This document shows positions 26,233 to 40,600 of a stretch of DNA of 64,000 nucleotides, in pieces. The notes below the pieces were generated by a model that had not been told where the DNA came from, did not search any database, and worked only from the letters and a program-made list of their open reading frames with translations. The stretch comes from Antedon mediterranea. Taxonomy: Eukaryota > Animalia > Echinodermata. The translations under genes and the position numbers were made by a program. How positions within the stretch are numbered: position 1 is the stretch's first letter; every line of letters starts with the position of its first letter. The stretch lies in assembly GCF_964355755.1 (NCBI RefSeq), contig NC_092670.1:16044795-16108794 (forward strand), written 5' to 3'.

Positions 26233-27097
26233 GCATATAATTTTTTCAAACTCAAAATAATTCTAAACAACAAACAAATATTTAATATACAAACGATTAA
26301 ATACTGCATATTAGTCAAACAGCCGTTTTGAGAATACAAAATACCAGTTGTTGTTCTGGCTCATAATAATGATCTTAGTCGTTAATCAGAAAATATATTA
26401 CACATATTAATACTTATCCTTATACATTGAAAAAGAAGCTGTGAGGTGTGGTAGCAATTACTGCAGTAGTGCAGTGCATACTTCAAAATATTCATATTCA
26501 ATTTAAAGACATTTTTTTTCTTTACATATCCAAATTTATGCAATTAATGCAAATATTTTATAAATTCATATCTATTTTTTAACAGAAATATAATATACTT
26601 TAAATGAAATATACTCCCACAATACAAATTAGCACACAAATTAGAATTGGTTAAATTATATAAAATCTTCATTTATTTACTAAAATTGATGTAAAATATA
26701 TTAAATAAAACAACTATCCTTATGTTTGCTTTGATACTTCTAATTGTGCTGGTTCCAAACCTAAATAAAATTGATAAAGAAATAGACAAAAAATTTAATT
26801 AAAATTGCATAGATCAAGCAGGTGGTATAGTTGTTTAGATATAACATTTCATTTACTGCAGTAGCTGCAGAAATGTTTGTTTGAGTGTGCACCCACAGTT
26901 ATTGCAGTTTTTGAACAATTATAAACAATATATAATATAATTTACTACAGAAAACAAAAATCTAATAATTGAGAAACAAAAGGTGGTGAGCTTTTAAAAA
27001 AACGACTCAAAAATAATAAAGTACTAAAAACAATTCTAAAAAAATCTTTCTACTATTTAACAAATTGCTATTGTAATTAATTCCTCATAAATATTAA

Positions 27098-27224
27098 AGC
27101 CCTGTCTACACTATCAAACTTTATGTGACAAATATGGTAGTGATTTGCCCACATGTTAGTGATATGACATCATCATGTCCATATATGGGCACATCACATT
27201 TAGTTTGATAGTGTAGACAAAGCT
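27098..27224. mobile_element. Harbinger-type MITE family A copy
   Basis: Family A TIRs. Confidence 0.7.
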
Positions 27225-28309
27225 TAGGATTATTCTTTGTTCAAATGTGTTAGTACTCACTCAAATATTATATAATTATGATTTATACAATTTGACATTT
27301 AGGCAATTATTAGAATACACAATTATCCTGATAACCTTTAACCTTTAGTCATTAATTGGGTAAACATTATAAAATTAATCTTTTGTTCAAATTTATTAGT
27401 GTTAATTATCAAAGTTTCATATAACATGATCGGCAACTAATTGTTGACTTTAAACTTTTTACATGATATTATTTGGTCAACATTAATTTAGATTTGGTTC
27501 ATGATATTTGGTCATGTAGAAAATATTAATGATAATCATGCTTAATTAATCAATTTAATGTCATATAAATTTTAAAAACATCGTTTATGCTGTGTAACAA
27601 TATTGTGCCAGTATAATAATGATATTGGAAGGTAACATATATTTGATGGCAACACAGTGTTTGCAACGTAAGCCTATATGCAAAACAGATTTAACATTGC
27701 TATAGGAATAAAAAAACACAAACTTTCTTGGGATGGGATTATATAATGCTACTGTTTCAAAACAATTTCTTCAGTATTGTATTGTGACTTTCTTGATTAC
27801 GGGCATAATTATTTCTTTTCAAAATAACAGAATCTAGCAATAATATATTTACAATTTGTGAAATATAGCACCACTATAGTAGAATAGACTCCCAATCAAA
27901 TCCTTGTAACATTAAAAAAAAAACACATTGTTATGGTAACAAATTGCACTCCTTATAGCAACCAATACTAGCACAGTTTCTATGGAAACCAAAAGTAATA
28001 TTAAACTACATATTTTCTATTGCTATGGTAACCTCTTAAATACAGATCCAGTCAATGAAATCTATAAAAGTTGTACAAAAAGAAAAAAAATGTTTTGTTG
28101 AACTAAAAAGGCACTTCAATGACATCGCAAGCACCACTGTTTGTTACGTTTAGCAGCTCTGATTTGTGCAGTCATTTATCAATTGCTCATTAACATTCTG
28201 AAAGACAAAATATTTAAATTAGTTTATACAGTAATGCATTTCAATTGTCTAGTCTCCATTTCAATACGGTCTTATATTATACAGTTTATATCAAAGCATA
28301 TTATATGGA

Positions 28310-28583
28310 AATATTCTATTTATACTGGGCAACCTCTTCAGTCAAAGACTGGTCTCCCAGACCCAGTTAAGTGGCTATGATGAACTAGTACACCGGGGTG
28401 ACCCCCTTACTCGTCACAAAATATGTACTAGGTGAGCTAGATGTGTACACTGGATCAGTTTATAGTCCTTATCTGAAAAGACTCGTTCTACCACCACCAT
28501 GGAGCAAGTGAGGCTCGAATCGATGTTATGGCTACGTAATCACATTTCAACTGCCTTCCGCCGCTCGGCCACTCACTAACTCA
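28310..28583 (-). mobile_element. tRNA-derived Deu/Nin-like SINE, uninterrupted copy
   Basis: Colinear with both halves of the 21673-22633 SINE and contiguous across CCTCTTCA/GTCAAAGA. Confidence 0.75.
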
Positions 28584-28673
28584 TGGGCATTCCTAACTCT
28601 GAAGACACTAACATTATACAGAGTATAAAAAGGTAAAATTAGATACACCTACTTGGATGGAAGCCAATTGTGG

Positions 28674-31600
28674 TTAGCGTGGACTATTTGGTAATGCGTA
28701 GTCAGACGGAATTTGTGGTGCGGACCGATCATCAGTTTGTGTTCTACGAAGTTTCACACCAGTAAATGGATTGCTATAAATAAAAGTTGAAGGTTAACCA
28801 CATTTAAATATTACGTTTTAACTGGCAATGTGCAAGATATTACAACTACTGCTTCAATAAGTGCATGTAATACATAATAGTGAATAGAACAAGATAAATA
28901 TAAACTGCGGAAAAAGTCTTTCTTTTCTTATTCTAAAGCTCTGTCTACACTATCAAACTAGTTTGACAAAAAAGTGTGATGTGCCCAAAATATGGTGGTG
29001 ATATGCCCAAATATGGTAGTAATAAACATCATCATGTCCATATATGGGCACATCACATGTTTTGTCACATACAGTAAAGTTTGATAGTGTAGACAAGGCT
29101 TTAGACGTAATATATAATAATAGTATATAAAAATGGTCTAGTTGAATGCCATGTGTGTGATGAATGCATGGACCTACAAATTAGGTTCATTAATTTATAG
29201 GTCCATGATGAATGTACCAAGGATCTAGTTATAAGCACTTGATTGTACAGTGATTCGGTTGTTAGAAGAATGTTTTTTAGATACGATTTTTTAATGCAAA
29301 TTTTTAAAGGCAGATCTACACATTATTTAATGCTGTTTACAATTACATAGAGTCAGTATGCATTTATTTAATTACATTCATCAGTGTATAGACAAGTAGT
29401 ACATTTTACAGGCCCTTTGAGAATATTGGCTAAGAAAATTAAGCATACACAGATTCAAGCGACCTACATTACTATGCTGCACATAAATGTACAAACAAAC
29501 ACAAGCAACTAATACAAAAACAATAGTTTTAATGCATGCTGGGAAGGAAGTTAGATCATGTGAAGTATATGCAAAGGATGCTGGGAAATAAACATTTTTT
29601 GTTCAAAGAATGTACTGTACTGCATATTTTTAGACTAGATAAAATGCATGATAGGAAATCAGAAGAAATAATTGAAAGAATAGTTAAATTATAAATATAT
29701 ATGATGACAGTTTATTACAATGCTTTGAGATCAGACAATAAAAGAGCGGCAAAAAATGCATTACATGCTACAAAAGGTCGGAAGAGGCAAGGTGTGCACA
29801 TGTGCAAGACTGACGATCAACTACTACCTCCGTGGCGACATGTTTACAACGATTCTCGGTGTGTCATAAATGTCTTTAACTATAGCTGGGGCGGACCGGT
29901 CATTTGTGACGGTCTTTCGCAACACGATATGACCAAATGGATTGCTAAAGAAGGAAGAAGCAGCGACACAGGGGAGTGTTTAATTATCAGTAGAATCAAT
30001 AGAGGGAGGTTTCTATGGAGATCTATAGAATATAGATCATTTATTTTGAATAACTTATATGAGGAGACAAATCACATACTTTGTAGGCTAAAAAAAATTC
30101 TAAAATATTACGAAATAATAAGAAACTTGAATAAATATGATTAAACAGATATGAAAATGTATTGTTTTTTCTTTTAAAATTTATGTTTTACTGTACTTAT
30201 ATAATACACAAACATTCTTGATATAAATAAGTAGTAAATGATGATAAGCATTTAACCCTCACAATCTGTGCAGTGTATGAGCAGAACAAATCACTGGATA
30301 ACTATTATTTCAGGATTTCTCAATTATGTAAACACATGTTTGCTTGAATAAAGCTCTGTCTACACTATCAAACTGGTATGTGCCCATATATGGTATTGAT
30401 ATGCTTAAATATGGTAGTGGTATGACATCATCATGTCCATAGGCACATCACATTTCTTTTCCACATAAAGTTTGATAGTGTAGACAGAGCTTTAGCCACT
30501 ACTGGGAAATTTCCCAATTCCCATAATTCAATATTTAGCAATTAATTAAAATTTAAAATTAGTATATAATACCTTGGCGGGTGTTCTTCAAAGACGTCAT
30601 CTGGTGGTGAGAATGGTCCTTGTTTCGGATGTGGTGGTGAGTCTCTATGTCCACTTTGACCACTGTCTAAACTATCTCTATCTGATCCCACTGTTACATG
30701 CTAAGAATATTACAAAAAGCTTTTTTAATAATACAGCGGAATGCCTATTATGGGGACACCTTTGGGCACAAAAAGTTTTTTTTTATTTATTTAAAAACAT
30801 ATTTATACAGGATAAAAACGCATCAGGTATAGATATTGCACCTGTTTTTTTATATGGTCCTGTTTTTTTTAGAATAGATTACAAAATATTCATAAAAAGA
30901 CATTAAAAAATGTACAATAAAACAAGACAAACAATATACAATGTAATCCTTAAATAGGGTTTGAATGTAGTGTTAAATACATTGCCTCTTGTTCGTTCCA
31001 TGAGATAGTGTCCCCATAAGTGAAGTGGTGTCCACTGAAAAGTGATGTCTCAAAGGAGGAGTTTTACTTTATAAGTAATTTGTTCGTTTAATTGGTGATT
31101 TTATTAATCCTTAAATGGCAGAAGCCTCTTAAGCTTGGTTCCCACTAGAACGTAACGCAAGGACGTAAACGCAACGCAAGCGTTTTAACCAATGACAAGC
31201 GAAGTTATAGACAGTTAGCAATCACAAGCGAATAAGCCATCGCTTGTGATTGGTCAATTCACTTGCGTTGCGTTACGTCCTTGCGTTGCGTCGCTAGTGG
31301 GAACCACGCTTAAGTTTGATATATACTGCAACTGTCTCAGTGGTTACAAAATAATATATTTTCATAATTAATTTTATACCTGCTGCTTTAATGCTTGAAC
31401 TTGCTGTTGCTGTTGGTATGAAGTGCCTGTAGTAAGCAGCCCATTGCCGACAACATTCCCTTGCTGATAGCTGGCGATAGAATTTACAGGCATTGAGGGC
31501 GCTCTTGGTACTTTAGACGTGTCAAAATCACCATAGTCAGGTGATGGTATCTTGACTTGGAGAGAGTCAATACCACCAGTGCTCATAGTGGACATACGAG

Positions 31601-34600
31601 AGTGCCTGTTAAAGATATAATCATATGAGATTATATGGAATAAGAGAATTACATGCGAGAGAATAAAATGGAATGGCCATACAGTATGAATGAATACTAA
31701 AGACAATTAGTGATTCTTACTCATGGACGCCATTTTGAACTTGCACCATGTGTGTAAACGTGATTGGAAACCAGCCACTCTTCTTGCTTCTTGTGTTATA
31801 ACCAAAATGCCAGCTTTCCTTTCTTGGTCCCACTAAACTGATGATATCTCCCTAAAGTTAGAAAGAAGCATTATTTCTGTGAAATGCATTTCAGGGTGAA
31901 AATAAATGAAATACGAGATAATCCATATTTTAATCTTTTACCAACTTTAAAGGCCAATTTACACAGACGAGCGGTAAGCGGGAAAATGTTAAGTGGAAAA
32001 TGAAAATATATAATCTATTTTATTTCTTAGTGACCATTTACACAAATGGTTGAGCCGAAAGGTGCTCAGGATAGATAGAGATTCGATTGGACAAACTATG
32101 TGGTTTTCCGCTACCGTAACGCTCGTCTTTAATGTACGTAGTGTGCATGGCAACCCTGGTTTATTTATAAAACGTACACAACTACATCCATGGGATAGGT
32201 AAATCAGCTTTTAAAAGGAGCGTACTACAGTAATACTAACCTCAACAAAGCTAAGCTGGTTCGCAGAAGCTGCAGTGTGCCCATAGATTGCCTGAACCAA
32301 TGTTGGCTTAGGCTCCTCTGAAACAGACTGCTGTACTGAAGCAGGCTCAGACATTTGTCGATTCATTTGATTCCTTGGCATTGTCTGAGAAGAGCCTACT
32401 AAAACAAAGATGTACACATAAATAGATATTACAAGGATATATACCTTCTGACAATATCTGCAAAAAATTAGTATGTAAAGCTATCAAACTTTATGTGACA
32501 ACAAAATGTGATTTTCCCATATATGGACATGATGATGTCATATCCCTCTACCATATGTGAGCATATCACTACCATATTTGGGCACATCACCAATTTTTGT
32601 CAAACTAATCTAATGTCAGACTTAATTTAATTAAATCAATTCACTGGAATTATTTGACAACAAGTTTTAAAAATGTATAATTACCAAGAGTAGGTGGTGG
32701 TACCGGGCTAAGAGAATGGCGCATACTGTTAGAATGCATTAGTGTTTTTTTGGGTAGTGTTGCGTAGACAAAGGTGGATGTTGCTGGTGTAGAGGGCGGG
32801 CTTCCACCAGTACTACTGCTGATACTCTCAGTGTCTCTACCACTTGCACTAGACAGCCTTTCTCGATCCTTTAAAAAAAAATTTTGATTTAATACTAATC
32901 AATTCAACATTCCAAGAAGATGTACAATTAATAATATATTTTTAATTGAATGTTGTTTTAAATGGAATTTCCCTTAAAATATTGTCAGGCATAGAAAACT
33001 AACATACTATTTAATATCATCACTTAAACCAAAGGGCTAATATCAGCTTTTAACCTCCTATATCTTTACACACCATCTGAAAAGAACGATGGTTGGGGCA
33101 AAGACCCCCTCTATTTAAACCCTCATAGCCACACCCTTGTCCACTACAAGTGTCACGTAGCTAAAGTAGCCACACTTCTGTTAAATCATTTCAAGTTACT
33201 TTAATGACTTCCCTTCTTACTTTCAATGTTTCCTTGCGCTTCTCAATTAAATTGTAAACGTGTGTTTTAAAGGAAGCATTATCGTTCTGTTTTGACGTTA
33301 GAGAAGTCCTACAGATATCCAACTACCCAATTACAATTTTTTTTCTCAACAATTTTTGAATAACAACTTGGTAAATTGATATCCGATTCAGAATTTGTCA
33401 ATTTAAATTAGCCTAGATTTTTTTTTGTTATATTGTTGAACCAAAAAAGTTTACATTTTCATATACAGTACTACTGTACCTACTCTATATATCATGAAAA
33501 CTAAACTCTACTGCAGAACACGCGGACATAACAAAAGCTACATAATAATTAATGAATTAAATTGCACAAATAATAAAATAAAGCTTTAATTGCAAAACTC
33601 AATAAAATTATTTAGGAACAGAAGGTACAACAAAATAACATATGGCATGGCTGTGAATGTAACTTAAAAGTAACAATAATTTTATTGCGGATTGCTATTC
33701 AATAAAAGGCTCTGCCTCTAAAGTATCATGTCATACTCAATGCTATTCTTCTATGGAACAGTAACCTGGCTATTCCTACTTCTTGTTTTTAAGTGAGTGT
33801 ACATAGTCCAATGGTTTATAAAAAAGGCGCCAAAAGTGGACTTTTAGACATATTTATGTTACACAAAATATTTACTACCAATTGTTAAACAAAAATAATT
33901 GATAATACTGTACATTATTATTTCTCATATTAGGTTGGTAGGCATACATTAGGTAAAATTGGTTGTTATAACCTTTAGACTGCTGGGCAGAAAAACAATA
34001 GAACACACACACACACACACCTCTATGGAGTGAATGACCCCAATAACTACACTAATTACTGACAATTGTACAATTAGTGATAAACTTTGTCTGTATTGTA
34101 TATGTGTGATAAGCAATACACACCCACATACATTCAGTAATAGAATAATTGATAATGAAGGTTAAACCAATTTAGCATGTGATTTGTCTTGTTTTTGCCT
34201 AGCAATGAATGCAAAATTCATATTAAACAATCATTGTCAACTGTAAACTTTATATTTCTTACAAATGATGACCTTTAAACCTTGACCTACCTTGTTCTGG
34301 ACATTGTGTAGATTCTGACGGTGTTCCATTAACAAAGTACGAGTAAACTGACCACCACCTTCCACATGCTCACCCAACACAGGACGTGGTTGCTAACCAA
34401 CAAACATATGCAGGGACGAAGCAATCAACACACAAGACAGAAAAAGTAGAAAAGACTATGTTAGCACTAAATAACATTTTTATAAGACTATGTTAGGAAT
34501 AAATAACATTTATAAGACTATGTTAGGAATAAATAACATTTATAAGACTATGTTAGGAATAAATAACATTTATAAGACTATGTTAGGACTAAATAACATT

Positions 34601-37600
34601 TTTAAGACTATGTTAGGACTAAATAACATTTACAATTATAAAACTACTGTATATGTCAAAACTAACATCTGTATTCTAGTGCACTTGATGTTGTACAGAC
34701 GCATTCTATGTAAAAGTAGCCAGTGGACATGATATGACTTGTGAAGTCATATGAACCTTTTCCAATCAAAAATCAAGATGAAAGTCGCGCTTATTACCAA
34801 AAGTCATGAGCATCACCTGCGCCCTGGAATGCAGACTAAATAGATTGCCTATACTGTCACCTCCCTTGGGCTCGAATGTTTTCTGGAAAGTCTGGCATAC
34901 AGATTGCATTTTACATAGTACACAGGCCTTGTCTTTTGAACATTCCATGGGTGCTACACATCCAGGTATATGCTGTGATTGTATCTTTGTGTTGAAAATT
35001 TAAATGGGCTATAAAGCGTGGTTCACTCTAGAACCCAACACAGCGACGTATCAATACAAAGTGCGTTATCATAAGTTGGAATTGATGACGCAACCATGCA
35101 GGTTTGATTTCACGCAGGCGGGGGAAAACACAATTATTGGAAGGGCATTTTCTTACATTGCATAGGTTATTTTACATTGCGTATCTAGTGGGAACCAAGC
35201 TTAAATGGCAGACCTCAATGGCTTTTAAGGGTGTGTTAGGCAATCACACTCGCACACCTCAAAAGACAAGACCTGTGTACAATAGGAAAGAGTTTGGAAA
35301 GAAACATTCTAGCATGGGCTTTTAGTATAAAGGATTTTTTCAAGAAAGTTGACTGTAATGCATAAATACACAGATAAGCTAATTAAGACAGAGTTAAGTC
35401 ATTTTTTTTTGTAGTCTACATGCCCAATTAGTGCCTACTGTGCATAACAAATACTACAGCATAAAATAGCTTCACCGGATATCCATCCTAAAAAGCATAC
35501 ATACAACCTAACAGTTTTGTATACACGCAAAGCTGAGTCACTGCACTAAGGTTAGTATACAAGAATGAGGGGAAAAAAGTTTACATGCAGTAGTTATACC
35601 CTTTTCACATGACACCTAGTAAAACTTTGGAGTTTTACACACCAGGCATCAATACCCGCGTTTTATATGATGTGCATCCAAGGATTCACTCTTCCTTGGT
35701 GCATCCCAGTGTGTGTAAACATAAATTATGAGTTGTTCTAGGAGATGTGAAAGAATCAAAAGATAACTCCTTGACACCAATAACAGGGCACCATATTGTA
35801 AGAAAACCTGAGCTAGAATATTGGCCATCATGGACTAGGCTATGGGTCAGGAGATTTAATGCTATATTTTGTATATCATTACTTACAGAGGCAAAGAAGT
35901 CATCACATTCTTCGGGAAGGTTCTCTGGCTTAGCAACGCTATCAAGCCAAGAAGGAAGACGATGATTAAAAAGATTTTGAGCCTAAAGAATACAAAAAAA
36001 AAACCAGACAGTAATGTTAGGACAATCTGGTGGTGTGGTACTTCATTTCACATAAGTCATACACAATTTCACTAAATGAAAGTCTGTCTATTAGTGTGAA
36101 TGGTGAATACGACTACTCTCATCTCATAAAGGAATTATAGTAAATAATTACAGTAATTGTTTTAGAGAAACAGTACGAGTTTGGTGAATACAATTAAAAA
36201 AATTAACACTGCATGAGTTTTGAACAAATATCAATCATTCTCAATTTACTTCATTACCTTGCTATGATAAACTAAATGATTCTTAACCAATGAGCAACAT
36301 CTATCTCCCACAAAGCAGTAATGACGACGTTCTTCATTCCAAGCCTACAAGGAAAATAAATTTACACCAATTAAATCATTACAAAATTCAATAAGGTAAA
36401 AAAAGTAACCAACAAAAAAATAGATATCAAAATTTAATTATTATTTTCTGAAATGAAATAAAGTGAAAGCAAAAGTTGGCAGTCACAGTTTGAATAAGAT
36501 GATAATATTATGATTTTATCCATTTCACTGACACACCAGGGGATATCACAGCATACAGTTCATACATATATATTTATGATTTTACACGCACATATGCTAA
36601 TATCATAAACACAGATGTTAGTAACATAATAAATCATTTGCATATTTTTTAAACCGGGTTGCCTTGTAAGGTCGTTTGACACAACCTTCTTCGTAATGTA
36701 TTTCCAACATTCAAAGCCCTTAATAATTACTGTATTAAATCTATATACACTGTAGCAACATTCATAACTAGATTAATAATTAATTAATCATCATTTATTA
36801 TTGACGATTAAATGCAGTAATAAAGGATTTGTGAAATCTTAACAAACACAGCATGTAATGAATATGGTATCAAAGTGTTTTTAATTTTACAGTTCAAGCT
36901 CAAAACAAAAACCAAATGTTATGTACTGGGTTGGTACTTATTGGGTTTTACGTTCTACCTCAAAATATTACGGATACATGAACGATAAATAAATCTTTTC
37001 CACCACCTCATATAAGTTATTGAAACAGGGTTTTAGAAAAACGATATGAGTGAGCATTCTAAAAACATACAACATATTAAAACATTTTAAAAATTTAACA
37101 GTAGTGACTGAATAATGACGTTGCATTACATTTAATAGCTAAAAGGAGCACTGAAACAGGATATAGCCTAGGGCTTCAAAGCGCTTACTTCCAAGGGGAA
37201 ATATAGAGTTTCCTGAATAAGGGAAAAACATCACTGAGTCAGGCCAAGAGATGCAGCTAAGTTAACACTGCAGATTCTTAAATAAAACTATAATAGTATG
37301 ATAAACTAACAAAACTACAAGCTACACTTGATGTGTACAGGTCTAGGTGTATCTTTCACTATGCATACAGTTATAACGTATTTATATCAGAGATTACGAA
37401 TGTGAAACATGAATTTGTTTCTTCCTAATGTTGTATATGAATATGATGAGGATAAATTATACTATGACCTAATAATACAGTAAATGTATCACTTTCATAG
37501 GTGAAGCCAAGGTGGCAGTGATAGGATGTCATCGTGTCCATATGTCTATATATATTTTCTCTAAAACTGCTCGGGCTATTTATTTATTTTCTTTGCTCAT

Positions 37601-40600
37601 TGCTATATGAACTTGTGGAAACCACCCTTTCTATTTTATTCAATTTTCAGGCACAAAAACCATATAGAACAAAACAGTGGTGCAGTACCCTGAGGATTGC
37701 CATGAGTGCCAAGCACTATCAAAATTGTTGCACTTTAACATAGCAGTGAAACAATAAAAATACAAAGATATAAAAAATTGCGTAGCATCAAATTGAAATA
37801 TCATTATATCTATCTCAGTCTTTCTGATTTTGATTCATTTTCATTATGATAAAGAAATGAAAGGAGCTGCTTCAGTGGTATTCAAATCTACTATTGCTAT
37901 TAAATTATGCAGAGTTTATTGAACTGTCCTAATTCAACTTTAACATTGATTGGTAATTGATTATATAAAAAATAACATCATAATCTAAACAGCAATAAAA
38001 TTGAGTAGATTCAATCCCGATTTGCTATCGCTACAGTAATCAATAATTCAGGGTTTATTGAACAACAGTTCAACTTTAGCATTGATGACATAAAATAACA
38101 TGATAAACAACAATAAAATTGAGTAAAGATTCAAAACAGGTTTATTCCAAGAAAACAGAGACAATATGAAGCTTATAAATAAATTAAATTAAAGATATAA
38201 GACTAGTAGTCATAACTGTTCTTAACAACTTGTACTAAAATGACCGGTCATTGTACTTATAATGCATTGTCTAAATTGTTAAGTTTGTCAGATGCAATAA
38301 GGCGATGAGCTGCATCTCCAGGAGTTGACGAGTTTTAATGACCTGGATGGTTAGGCTACTATCCAAAATGTGCTACATTACTATGTGTTATAATGTGGTT
38401 AGTTGTCACCATGGTGAGCTATGTACTTGCAGCTTAGATACAAAAATGACACTAATACAATTATGACTTGAAGTGACAATAATAATGCAACACGTTGCAG
38501 TTACATCTGGAATATGACAGTTGCATTGTTATCTGTGCAAATAGATTAAGAATAAAGTCAATATACACAAAAGTGTTTTGAATGAATCTGTAAATGTCAA
38601 ATAGATACGATATAGTTCACACAATCTAGAACCTATATCTCATCATATAATCACAAACTCTCACAATCTTATATAAACTGATACTAACAAAATCACAGGT
38701 TTTCATGTGAAACAATTCCATCTGGTTTTGTGCATTAATTGATAATAATTCATAATAGCTATTTATACGTCATAATGGATTTATAGCAAAATATGTCAAT
38801 GTTATAGACTTTGTACTGCTCAGTTCTATATAGTACATACATAGTGGTGTAATACTGTAGTAGTTACCTCCCATTGGGTCATACATCAAGCAGCACAAAT
38901 TCTACAGACTTAAAAAAGGAAAAATAAACAACAATGTGATTCAATTACTGGCAAAGATAAATAACAGGGACCAAATGCAGATGTGCACACTGAATCTCCA
39001 GATTAAGTTAGTTTGTGCACCAGAACTATGGCCAAGAAGTGCATTGAACCTATGCTGATATTTGGTTTGCAACTCCTCCTCCACTCAACTTGATTAAACT
39101 CAAAAGTTCCATATAACAAGTTAAATAAAGCAATGTGTGGTTGAAGAATAACCACAGATAATGCTATATATTTAATGGTTTGGTATTGAAAGAATAATAT
39201 ATATATTATCTCCATTGAGATCCAGCCACTGATACCCACACCATTGTCATTTTTTCAGTAATTTGCCTTTGGATTTATATATACAGTATACTGTATATAT
39301 ACAGTATACTGTATATATACAGTATACTGTATATATACAGTATATAAAAGGAAAGGGTTTAATAAACGGTTCTTGTTTCCTTATTTTTTGTTTTCAATAC
39401 TTCTGGGAGAAAGTTTTCAAAGGGAAATAAACAGTACAAATTACAATCAAAAGGTTATCAGTACATGATTATATGCAACCCCTGTGCTAACCACTAAATA
39501 CCCTTTCAGACAGAGCTCATTACTGTACTTTTATACCACATCCTGGAGCATTTGATAGACCCAACTTTCAAATTTAAGCAGAATTATTATTTTAGGTAGG
39601 CATTATTGTTTATAATTATTATTTCTTTAAACAATATAGCTTGTTTCACCATCATTTGGCGTTATCCTACAAGCCTGTGTTGACGTAATTGTTAATACTA
39701 AAGGTGTAATTTATGTGTGGGCTTGTGTATTAGTGAGATCTAAATACCATTTCATTTTTATGAATACAGCATAAGCAGATTACTGCAGGCAGCTAATAAA
39801 AACGGCAGTAAATAAATATTTACCTCTTTTAATGACTTGATTCTGAATTCAAATAACATCTTTTGTTGTGTCTGCAGTTCTTGTGAGCTTTTCTGTTCTT
39901 TGTCTTGATATTTTCCTCCACTATTTTTCATACTTTTCTTTTGGTACTTCTTGGCTTCGCTTCGACATCTTTCAACAACCTGCAAAATATAAATTAACAT
40001 CGAAAATTAATACATAAATTATATATAATACATTTTGTGGAGAATGGTGTTTAATGAAAATGTCTCCTTTTCGATTTATCTAGCTTTTCGAGGCGAAAGG
40101 CTATTGTTGTTTTATCCAGGTAAGCTAGGCCCGAAAATCTGTCAGTTTCAAACCTTCTGAAAAAAATAAAATGGCTGCGTAGTACATCTGGCTATGTTTT
40201 GACATATAAGAAGGTGCCGATGTTACACAACAACCCTAGTAACTATAGGGAATAGCCTTGGGAGGCAACAAATGTTGTTATTACTGTCACGAGATCACAA
40301 ATACACTTCGATGCTCAATGTACTTCCTTGTACCTTCTAACCTGTTTAGTCCTTCAAATAAGAAATACAAATTGTTGTTCTTGTTATTCCTTTCTTTGTG
40401 ATCCTGCATGTGACAAGAAACTTGTTTTCTTTTTTTACGGGATCATAAATAATGTTCTTAATTATATTATATATATTTGTTATTTTGCCATTATTGAAAT
40501 GAAATAAACAATTGAGTACTTTATTATTTAAATGGTAAAAGTTAATTTAAGTCAATCTTCAAAATACTCCATTTAACTAAATAGACAAGGAATAACAATA

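Noticed and set aside
28190-28655. Intron in the BAIAP2 3' UTR (donor-like AA|GTAGGT about 20 nt after the stop)
   Set aside because: Only a consensus-like donor; no way to confirm without transcripts.
29701-30144. 147-aa + strand ORF
   Set aside because: Antisense shadow of the duplicated BAIAP2 exon; no recognisable domain.
34490-34732. ORF MLGINNIYKT repeats
   Set aside because: Artefact of the 30-bp minisatellite, antisense within a BAIAP2 intron.
38868-38898. Possible micro-exon or alternative start in BAIAP2 intron 6
   Set aside because: Splice-like signals exist, but it is not needed for the frame and has no homology support.
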